Shown here: positions 53,374 to 64,000 of the stretch, piece after piece
How the letters are laid out: the number at the start of each line of letters is the position of its first letter
Position numbering within the stretch: position 1 is the first letter of the stretch
DNA from: Octopus vulgaris
Lineage: Eukaryota
Assembly (NCBI GenBank): GCA_951406725.2
Contig: OX597820.1
Location: 36,890,001 to 36,954,000 of the forward strand
Reading direction: 5' to 3'
Length of the DNA: 64,000 nucleotides
Position numbers and translations under genes: made by a program
The notes under the pieces: model-generated
Databases searched by the model: none
What the model saw: the letters and a program-made list of their open reading frames with translations, nothing else
Told to the model about the DNA's origin: nothing

Positions 53374-55169
53374 GTCAGCTTATTATTGAATATGATGTTT
53401 TAATATTTGTAATGCAAATATCTCTTGTAACAAATCGCAATATGTATTAATGCTATGTTTAATCTCCACTTAAAAGTTAAACACCCGTGATATTCAATTT
53501 TAGAAACTACTCACCAGCATTAAATTTGGTGATATTGAATTATTTGTTATTAATCGTCACATATTGTCACAATATTCTCCATTGTTATTATCTTTTATCT
53601 CACTGAATCTATTTCAATTATAGCGATTTTAAGCATTCAATGCTTCTCTTAGCTTTTATATTAGCGTATATTTTCTAATTAGTTTTGTTTACAGTTAATG
53701 TAAGGCTACTTATTATGTTTCCTATTTGGAAATATATAAGATTTTTTGGTTTTTAAAGTAAGGATGTATATAGTGATAAAACCGTCACTTATAACTTTAC
53801 GCAAATCCGAACTACAGTTATATAAATTAACGCCATAGAGAAATAAACTTTCTGGAACGCTAACGAATATTAACGTCATGTATGTATGTATATTATTTTC
53901 GTGTTCATTTAACCGCTATAAGAAAATACAGTTTAATAATTACAGAAATACATTTTATATATAGTTGAAGAACGTGAAGTAAAGGAAAGCATTTTCTTAA
54001 TTTTTATTATATACATATAACATTTTCTATTATATACAGGTGAAAGAAATATAATTTTCGTCGTATAGAATTACGACTATATATTTTAATAATTCATAAA
54101 TCTTACTAATATTGAATCACAACAATTCAAATAAAACTTGTTGGATTTTCTTTGGGCATGGCCTGAAAAATCACCAATGTCTCAAAGGAGTGAGTGTCGT
54201 GGAGTTTAGTTACATCCAGCAAACACTGACTTTTTCCCCAAAATCCAGGGTTTTATAACTGCTCAACTTGACTTTAAAGAATCGAAATTACATACATATA
54301 TTCTTCAAGTAACACTTAGTATTCTTATATGTGCAGTTATATTAACCAATGGAAAAACGACAATAATATTTCTTCGGCAATACGACATTATGTCATATTG
54401 TCAGCTACCACATATTGGCGCCTTATTTTAAAATGACTACTTGCAACAAATTCAAATCAGTTTGTAAGTCTGACTTGATACGTTGCAGGCACTCGGATTT
54501 GGCTCTTTCTTCGTTTGCAGGACGTTCATCCGAGTAAAAAAGTATTTATCTTCAAATGAGCCATGATGTGGATATCTGTCATCATCGTCAAAAGTAGTGT
54601 TTTCCCTGAACGAAAAGTGAAAATGTTATTTAATTTATTGCTTTAACTTTAGATAACGTTATCGAAAAGAAAACATTTGTTAGAAATCGCTACACTTTGG
54701 TCGACAAGAAATTGTGAAGTGTGTGATTTATTTGATATCGCATTTATTAAATTATTGACAGAAGTTTGAACTGACTGTCATTTAAAAGGGTGTTCTTTCG
54801 TTTTCACCCGCCTAAACGTCAAATGGATCGGCTGGTCATTCGCTAATTTCCGTAAAAAATTTTTTTATTTCTTTTGTTTTCATGACGTGTGGAGGGCGTC
54901 ATTTACTTTGAAGTGAGAGGAGAAAGTGAAAGATGTATGTACGTGTATATAAAAGATAGTGGGTGTACATGTGTAAGTGTGCGCGAGCGTGCGGTGTGTT
55001 CAGCATACGCACACACTCGTACACCCATTTTCTTTCATATACACGTATATACATATGCATGCACCTTTTTTGTGTGCATGTGAGAGTGAGTGCAGGTGTG
55101 TGTTCTCATGTGTGTATTTTTCTACACAATTGTGTGTATTTATTCTTTTATGTTTCAGCCTAAGGCTGT

Positions 55170-56260
55170 GGCCGTCCTGGGGCACCGTCAGTGTAATCAC
55201 TTTTTTAATGGCCAATCCTATGTGATTGGCTTTTGATGAAGGAGGGAGTTTGACACTGCTGCCTCTTTTGAGTTTCTTGCCTTGGATATTGGTTCATGTG
55301 GGATTTTGGATAGCAAGAAGTCAAGTTGTTTCTTGAAAACATTTACCCCCATTCCATGGTGAGCCCTAAAATGTTTTGGCAAGGCGTTAAATAGATGTGG
55401 GTCCTTGAATCCGAAGCTATTGCAGTACATGGTCCTCACCTTAAATGGGGCAGCTGGGACCTTTGGAATAGTGCAGTGACATCCAATTTGGGATCTGGTA
55501 TAACATGATTCCAAATTTTGGTGCCAGTCCCTCCAGTACCATCCACACAAATATAATTGCATGCCTCTCCTGTCTTCACTCCAGGAAGTAGAGTTGTAGC
55601 TCTTTCAGTCTCTCCCAATAGCTCGGCTGTTCCACTGATGAAATCTTCCTTGTGTAACATTGCTGAACTGCCTCAAGTTCCACTACTAATCCAACACTGT
55701 AGGGTGACCACAGTTGAGACCAGTGGTCCATAGGACTAGCATAGTTTCTGGTTAGTGACATGCATATTGCTTGGTTACATGTGACTAAGTCTCTCAAGTG
55801 CTGTGTTTTGTGTTGTTGGGACGTTACGAGGCCCCTGATGTTCAGCAAGAATACTGGTGTGACATATAGGGTGTCAGTAGTGGCCATTGGTTTAACATAT
55901 GCAGAAGTGCGAGAGGTGACCACCCTGGATCTCATGTTGTTTGAGGTGGTCGTGAATACATGTATGTGTTCCTCACACTGGATGTTTGGTGAAACCAGAT
56001 CAGCTGCCTTACAATCTTTTGTGCAACCTCCAAAAATAGCCTGTTGTTCAACAGCCACTGTCTGCACTGCATCCACAGTTTCTTTCCTCCTGGGATCTGT
56101 GTGTGGTGGTCTTCGGGCAAGTGGAACAAGTACCACTCACATGGGATTTGAAATGAGCAAATCTGCAGCCTATCCCAATGTTACCATTCCAGCAGGTACT
56201 CTTTACATAGAACTTGCAGACTGGTTTGGTTTCCTTTTTTAACAGAGCCATTGCCTTTGC
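55170..56260 (-). mobile_element. Duplicate of the CR1/L2-like LINE remnant with a CCCH finger
   Basis: ORFs 55576-56136, 55218-55562 and 56048-56308 mirror those at 37157-38204. Confidence 0.7.
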
Positions 56261-58185
56261 GCGTTCTCTTTCATTTCCCTTGTGAACCCATCTTTTGCCC
56301 ACATCCATTCTCAGCTCACTGGCCTGCTGGTATATATGTATGTATGTGATTATGTGTATGTGAACCCTACAATCTAGATTAATCAGGTACAGATAGTGTT
56401 GGGCAGTTTTATTTAGCCCTGGGAAATTTATGATGCTGAAGAGTTTAAACTTCTGACCTTCTTTTGTGAAACAAATGAAGCGGGTAAGAACAAACCCTAG
56501 CTACTTACACATACATGCAAAAAAATACACATGAGAACACACACCTTCACTCACACACACCTTCACTCACACACACATAAAAAAGATGCATGCATATGTA
56601 TTTATGTATGTACATGTATATGAAAGATAATGGGTATGCGTTTGTGTGACTGACTACAAGTACGTAGAGGTGAACACAATGCACACACACACACACACAT
56701 GTACACCCACTATCTTTCATATACATGTACATACATCTTTCATTTTCACCTCTCACTTCAAAGCAAATGTCAACTTCCACACATCACAAAAACAAAAGTA
56801 AATAAATAAGAAAATCTCACTGAAATGAACAAATAATCATATGATTGAATTTTGACGTTTATGCACGTGGAAAGGAAAGAATACCCTTAAAAGTTCCAAA
56901 TCTCATGAGAAAAGAAGAGGCAGGGTTAAGTATCAGTTGAGTACTACTGGGGTTGATGCAATCGACTTACCCACTCCCCGAAATTGCTGAGTCAGAAATT
57001 ACATAGTGCGCTAAAAACTGTAATTTCTTTAAACGTGTATGTCTTAAGCAAAAATGCTTAGTAATTGTGAAAACTTATGATGTAATTTCAAAGAAACAAG
57101 ATGATATAAAAACTGGCTTTTTTGAAATATCAAAACGAAAACGAAATGGTTTATAATAGAAAAAGATACTTCGATTTTAAAAGAATGTGCATTACGAGAA
57201 GGAAAAAGGCATTTTGGTAACTTAATGATGTCTAAGAATCAGTGGAAATTATTGACTTCCTATGTTTGCACCCAATGAAGTATATATGTCGTTTCTGTTT
57301 TGCTATTTCAAATGAGCCATGATGTGGATATCTCTCATCATAAAACTCATAAGATATAAATAATGATTCTGTGGTCCCATGTTCCCTTCATATCTTGCTT
57401 TACTATTCATCCACTTGGTATTGACATGCCATTATCCACCTCTATTAATATTTATTGTACTCTTTTCCTTTCTGCTACTCTCTTATCCCAGTCATGGTTT
57501 CTACTACTGCACTATTGTTTTTGTCTTCCACCCGACCTAGTTCTCCTGTCATCACACTCTTCTATTCATCACCTCAACCATGTAGACTTAAAGACAAGAA
57601 CACATTACAGCATCAGTGCTGATTCCTCTAGTACCCTCTAGAAGGGGTTGCGACAAAGTGGTGAGAAAAGATCTTCAGCAACGGGCCCTCACAGCAGGGA
57701 TGGCAAAGGACCTAGGCTTCTGGCAGTTTGCTGTGCTTGAGAAGACATGTCAAGCTAAGCAAAATCATGGTTGTCCTTCCATACAGGCATGACCCCCTAC
57801 CGCTGATCAATCCTAATCTTGTAGGCTCATGGGTGCTGGTGCCATGTAAGAAGCACCCAGTACACTCTGTAAAATAGTTGTTAGGAAGGGCATCCAACCA
57901 CAGAAACTATACCACAACAGACATGTAGCCTAAGCAGCTCTTCAGTCTGCCAGCTCCTGTGAAACCATCCAACCCATTCCAGCATGGAAAATGGATGTTA
58001 AATGCTGATGATGATGTTTATATATATATACAGTGAGAAAAAATCATTAGTAACTGATTTAAATTATTTCCATTATTATGAGCTCATCAGCGAAGCATAC
58101 ATGTAACTATTTGGCAATCTTTAGATTATGGAGTGTCTCGCTTAAATACTTAAAAATTCACAATGTCTTTATACACATGCATTAT

Positions 58186-58350
58186 CACCTTCACCTTGGC
58201 TGACCAGTCCATCGGATGTCCATTTGACACCGCTGGTCAGAGCACGCTGCCCACTTCTCTCTGGATCGCGCCTTTCTCATCCACGTGATCCCAATCGTCC
58301 TCCTGAAATCGTAACTCCACCGTCGTAGAGGCATTCCGGGTGGTCGTTTC
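58186..58350 (-). mobile_element. Short RTE LINE 3' end with CATTAT TSD
   Basis: Minus strand reads RRWSYDFRRTIGITWMRKARSREKW (LINE ORF C-terminus); TSD at 58180-58185 and 58351-58356. Confidence 0.75.
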
Positions 58351-59903
58351 CATTATAATATGCTGAAACGATACTACTTGCATTGCAACTGAAGCCAAGT
58401 TGAAACTGATGCTAATTGCCATTGACAACTGCAGTTTGGCAGGATGATATTACAAACATTGATCTTTTTGCTGAAATTTTTACAATCTACTAATGTATGA
58501 AATTCCAATGAATAGAATGGGAATGTGTGTTAGCAGGTTCCTACAAGAGTGACTTGGTCTCGTGTCACAATTAATTAAAGTTGCATTTTATAGTACTACT
58601 ACAAAACTCCAACTACCAAATGATGCTATAGGCTTTTCTCCTTATGGCTGGTTGGTTTATGGTATCTGCTGAATTAATAAGAACTGGTTTCTTTAATATC
58701 ATTACAACTTGATTGAGATTCAGGAATTGTCTCATGATTGAAGAAATTGTACATGTTTCAGCTTTATGATAACCTCATATGTGAAGTATATGTTATAAGA
58801 AGTTCAAAACATTTTACATGCTGTTGATATCCTTGAGTTATTTATTGCCTAAACATTACTACTATTCTACACCAACCACTGTATAACCAAGTATATAGTA
58901 TAAAGTTTGTAGTTTCACCATCATGACATTAGCATATACTGTGAAATCTGTACATTGCTGGTGAGGTGGTAATAGGCTTAAAACTCATTTAAAATAATGA
59001 TATTAGTCACTGGATTTTGTTGTTCTTTCGTTTTTTTAACAAGTTAATTATTTTTAGGGTTTGCTTTTTCTTTTCCCCAACATTAAATATGTTAGTACTA
59101 ACTTAACTTTCATAGTAATGGTATTCTGAGTGTTCATAACCAAACTAAAAACATTCTGTATTTTAATTCCACCAAAAGCTCCTGTTATTATTTTTATGTA
59201 TGTGTATCTCATTACTATTATCCCTGCTTTAAAGTTTTGATAAATGTCTTTCCTTTATACACATTTTCTGATTTTTCTTTATTATTCTAACAGTTAGTGT
59301 CTCTGGTCGAGTCCCTCCTCTCTAATAACTTTTCTGTTACCTTTTCATTGACTTTCTAATATTCTGTTTCAGGGTTTGTGGTAACATTGAAATGGTGACT
59401 GCAGATTCAAGATTTATAAAGATCTTTGTCAGATTTTGAAAACAGAAAATGGACATTACCAAGAAACATATTAATTGTTCTTTCAACATTATCATTTAAC
59501 ATCTGTTTTCCATGCAGGCATGAGTTGGACAGTTTGACAAGGGCTAGCTAGGCAGAAGACTGCACCAGGTTTCACTGTTTTGGTAGTGTTTTCATGGCTG
59601 GATACCCTTACTAACACCAACCAGCGTTATAACCTTGATTTTTTTTTGTGAAATTAAAATTTCAGCTGTAAACAGTTTATAATTGAGTTGTGGAACATGA
59701 AGATTTCATTTGTTTTGATGGGAACTCTTAAAACTGTTTCTTTACAATTAAGACATCTACAGACTTTGTCAAATATCATGTTTTTTTTTTCTCAGTAAGA
59801 GAAAATACATGGAAATATTCATTGAAAAGTTTCAGAGAATTCAGCTTCTTTCAGCACACATTTGAAATTAAATAAAAAAATTTTAAATATTTGTAAGAAA
59901 ATC

Positions 59904-61124
59904 ATGGAGGATAAACTGGAGGAGAGCCAGGCATGTGAAAAACAACCTGAATCTGATGACATAAGTAATCAGGAGTGTGTAGATGCACAGAAGAAACCAT
60001 ATCGTTTTGTCATTCGTAAGAAGACTTTCTCACAACATAGTGTCCTTCTTATAAAGCTTAAATATTCTAGAACTATACACAGAAGTATTAAACCATATCG
60101 ATGTGACATTTGTGATAAAACCTTTTCTGAGAGAACCACTTTGACTAATCATAGACGTATTCATACTGATGAAAAGCCATATCATTGTAAGGTTTGTGGC
60201 AGAAGGTTCACACAGTCTGGTCATTTGAGTAATCACAAGTATATTCACTCAGGAGAGAAACCACACCGCTGCAACGTCTGTGGGAAATCATTCTCACAGA
60301 TTGGCAGTTTAACTCGTCACAAACTTATTCATACAGGAGAGAAACCATATCAGTGTGGTATTTGTGGTAAATCATTCTCTCGAAGCTCTTATTTGGATAG
60401 TCACAAATCAGTTCACACAAATGAAAAGCCACATCATTGTGATGTCTGTGGGAAAGGATTCTCTGTAAGAACTACTTTGACTAATCACAAACGTATTCAC
60501 ACTGGGGAAAAACCATACCATTGTGATATCTGTGGTAAAGATTACTCTGCATATAATACTTTCACTAATCACATACAAGGTCACACAGGATATAAACCAT
60601 ACCACTGTGATGTTTGTGGTAAAAAATTTACTAGCAGTAGTAGACTAACTAATCACATACGCATCCACACAGGTGAGAAACCATACCACTGCAACACCTG
60701 TGGTAAAACATTCTCTCGAAATGGCCATTTAACTCAACATCTACGGGTTCATACAGGTGAGAAGCCACACCACTGTGATATATGTGGTAAAACATTCGCT
60801 CTTAGAGGTAATTTAACAGTTCATATTCGTGGGCATAAAGCTGACAACCAAAGTTTAACTCATCACAGACCTGTTCGTCATTGTGATGTTTGTGGGAAGG
60901 CATTCACTCAGAGCACACAATTAACAATTCATCTACGTCGCCACACAGGTGAAAGACCATTTAGTTGTGATATTTGTGATAAAGCATTTTATGATAAGCA
61001 GGGTTTGTCTCGTCACATGCCTGTTCACACAGGTGTGAAACCATATCATTGTGATATCTGTGATAAAACTTTCTCTACAAAAAAGGTTTTGATCAATCAC
61101 GAGCAAAAAGCACATAAAAAGTAA
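59904..61124 (+). CDS. ZNF-F: tandem C2H2 protein, 12 intact plus 1 broken finger, 406 aa
   Basis: ATG homologous to the paralogues at 59904 (the ORF track starts at an upstream TTG); a CAA>TAA change removes the final QTIKQEK. Confidence 0.9.
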   Translation: MEDKLEESQACEKQPESDDISNQECVDAQKKPYRFVIRKKTFSQHSVLLIKLKYSRTIHRSIKPYRCDICDKTFSERTTLTNHRRIHTDEKPYHCKVCGRRFTQSGHLSNHKYIHSGEKPHRCNVCGKSFSQIGSLTRHKLIHTGEKPYQCGICGKSFSRSSYLDSHKSVHTNEKPHHCDVCGKGFSVRTTLTNHKRIHTGEKPYHCDICGKDYSAYNTFTNHIQGHTGYKPYHCDVCGKKFTSSSRLTNHIRIHTGEKPYHCNTCGKTFSRNGHLTQHLRVHTGEKPHHCDICGKTFALRGNLTVHIRGHKADNQSLTHHRPVRHCDVCGKAFTQSTQLTIHLRRHTGERPFSCDICDKAFYDKQGLSRHMPVHTGVKPYHCDICDKTFSTKKVLINHEQKAHKK

Positions 61125-64000
61125 ACCATAAAACAGGAGAAATAGTTGGAAGAACTTGTATAAATTAATATATTATGACACCACAAAGAAATTCCTGTAA
61201 AACGATGCAATAGAATTTTATATGTTACAGAGAATCAATGAAAGCCATGCTTATATAATGTTACTTGAGCTATTTGAGATATTGTTTTGTAATATGTCGT
61301 AATTGTTAATATTGTAAACCAATCATTTGTATCAAATGCCAGTCAGATGGTCGAGATGTTTGAAAAATTCTTTAATGAAATTATACACACAGATTGATTT
61401 TAAAAATGCTACACTAATGTTTTCAGGTTATAATTTTATTTTTACAGACAATCATAAGTTGAACACTAAATTTTTTTCCCCTAGTTATACATGTAACAAT
61501 TTTAATATTTATATGGTACAATGTCAGTGTATTTACCAAATGAATTGTAATATTTTATAATTAAACTTCATGTAAATGAAATTCACTTTACTGATTCATT
61601 CTGAATTAACTTTAATATCTAATTTGGTTACTCAAACCCTTTTCACTATTTTAATTCTATGAAATGTTTACAGTTGTGTTTTGGGAGTTCAAAGTTGCCA
61701 TCTAGGAAAAAATCTATTTCATCTGTCCTTCCTACTACAGTGTGTGTACTTGAAAGAAGGGTGATTTTCTGTAAAAATTGAACTTTTACTAAAAGAAGCT
61801 CACTTGCACTATATACTGCAAAGAATATAAAAACAAAATTATAAAGTTAAGAATAGTCATGAGTTTGGAACAGACAATGTAAAAGTTAGATGTCCCTGAA
61901 AGGAATTAGAAAAATATGTTATGGATTATAGCATAGTGAAGTACTAGATACAAATAAAACATAATATGCTGTAAAAGACTTACTGTACAAGTATAGCAGG
62001 TCCCCCAGCCATGCAGGGGACAATATAACAGTAGAAATGTGAGGTAGAAGGGTTATCAAAGGTGAGAATTTTTGAAGAGGTAAAAAGTGTGTAATGCCAA
62101 GAAATACCTAGACCCTAGGCTGGATGATACATGCCAGGTGTGCCTTGCTAGAAATATGTTGCTGTTTTACATTAAGGTGAAGTGTTTCAAATTGTATTAT
62201 AGTATATATATGTGAATTACAATGTCACTGTGGGGGAAAGTGTATCTAAAATGATATGGATGTATCAGTGTCATAAGTTCTTAAATAAAGAAACTGAAGG
62301 TATAGCAAAAGCATAGTTCTATTGATATAAGCTGAAAGTCTAGCTGGAGTGATCAATGTGAGTTTGTTAATAAAACAATTGAAATGACAAGAAAAAGTTA
62401 TAGTTTCCTCACAGATTGTTCAGATATAGTTTCCTCACAGATAATGAAGATAGGGTGATGTTAAGCTAATTACTTAGTTTATGAGATTGTATAGTATGGT
62501 ACTTTTGAAAATGATTGGATAGTATCATGTACTGTGAGAAAATACAAATGTCAGTTAACAATGGTTGTAAGTAATCAGGAAAATTACTACAAGAGAGTTA
62601 ACACTTGAGAATGTAGTTTGACTTTGTATAAAAACATGAACTCTTGGATTCTATATATTTCTTGAGATAATTGTTGGAAGTTAGTAACCCAGCACTAAGG
62701 TGACACCTTGGTTTTTGGTATTTAGAAAATGTCTTCGGTAGGTTTCCAAGTTAAATAGATTGGTGGACAATGAGAAATTTAGGTATGTACAAAGGTAGAA
62801 AAAGTAGTTAAGGGTGTATTTAATGGTGCTGTGAATAAGACAAGTAGTTAATAAATCAGCATTGTTGCAAGAGTTAACTAGAAATTAAGTTCCATCATTA
62901 TTTCTGTCTAGATATGTGTGTGTACCATTTTTTGCAATAGCCCATACTTGCCTGAAAGGCTCCTAAAAAATTCATTTGCTGAAACTAGAGAAAATCTTTT
63001 AGAGATGTAGCATTTGCTTAATTCAAGTGCTGAGGTAAAAACATTATTCCTTATTCAGTAGCATGAATGTTATAAAATTTTCTAACATAAAAGATAAATA
63101 TATAAATGAGCTGGATTCTTTGAGATGTTAAGAGTAATTTAAATATATTTGACTTCATTTGCATATGCAAGAACTGGTGCTAAATGTTTTGACACTTTGA
63201 AAAGTTATGCAATTAAAATAAGTAGTGTCTGCAGCATTATATATATATATACATACACACACACACTAGAGCATTACCTGTCATTTTCAAAATATACTTT
63301 TGCCCTCATCCATGCATAATATCAAAAAATATGACATACAATAATAATTTAACTTTTATCAAATTTTATTTTACGTATACAAAATGATGAAATGATTACA
63401 AATTTTCAAAAGAAATATATTTACCTTAAAATTAGGTAAAGCAAATTTTTTTCATTTGTATATTTGCAATAAATACATTGTTTTCTAAATTTTCTCAATA
63501 CGATAGCAATCCACTTCATCACAAACCTATCTGCAAAATTTCATAAAAAGTATGTGCTTTAATCAGAAAATTATAAGACAATCAACCTGCACCACATATG
63601 TTAACTCTGTAGTTGTCCTTTACTTTCAGTATACAATGTAAAGTGTAACTTGAGAGAAATCAACTAACCAATATTTATATCAAATATTATTGTATATATA
63701 TGTATGTATCATCATCATCAGTTTAATGTCCACTTTTCCATACTTGCATGGTTCAGACATAGTTTGTTGAGGGAGATTTTGTATGCCTGGATGCCCATCA
63801 CATCACCAACCCTCACTTCTTTCCATTAAGGTCATATTTCTTTGTGGCCAGATATGTTTTCATGGAAGATAAGAAATGAACATCATACAACAGTAATGCT
63901 TAGTTTACAACTGTTAGTGATGTTCAAGGAAGGAGAGATACAAACACACTTCATCATCATCAGCATTTAACATCTGTTTTCTATGCTGGCATGGATTGGA

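Larger units (their letters stand above)
52921..64000. repeat. Right arm of the ~11 kb inverted segmental duplication
   Basis: Reverse complement of 28252-39630; the window end matches 28252-28290. Confidence 0.95.

Overview
AT-rich eukaryotic genomic DNA, most likely an octopus (inferred from KRAB-less CDICGKxFS-type C2H2 arrays plus (CAT)n-tailed RTE-related repeats and tRNA-like SINEs). The window is a young, rearranging cluster of six paralogous tandem C2H2 zinc-finger genes whose coding sequence lies in a single exon. ZNF-A is 9854-11026 (+), ZNF-B 18082-19137 (+, ancestral start frameshifted), ZNF-C 31146-32579 (-), ZNF-D 41674-42858 (+) and ZNF-F 59904-61124 (+). ZNF-E at 43217-45628 (+) is a pseudogene split by a full-length D,D34D mariner. 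The cluster was built by nested duplications: an ~11 kb inverted duplication (28252-39630 vs 52921-64000), a third copy of part of it (39631-43018), a direct duplication of the B unit (17879-21743 vs 43166-48787) and smaller inverted repeats. The rest is LINE, SINE and MITE debris. The strongest signals are (i) substitutions concentrated in the DNA-recognition helices of very recent paralogues whose indels all keep frame, (ii) a conserved non-coding 5' module (TACGAAAGyryGGCTG ... GTAAGTT donor) upstream of four paralogues, and (iii) rearrangement junctions that rewire promoters, splice sites and 3' ends. All alignments were made by eye, repeat boundaries are approximate, and no database search was run.
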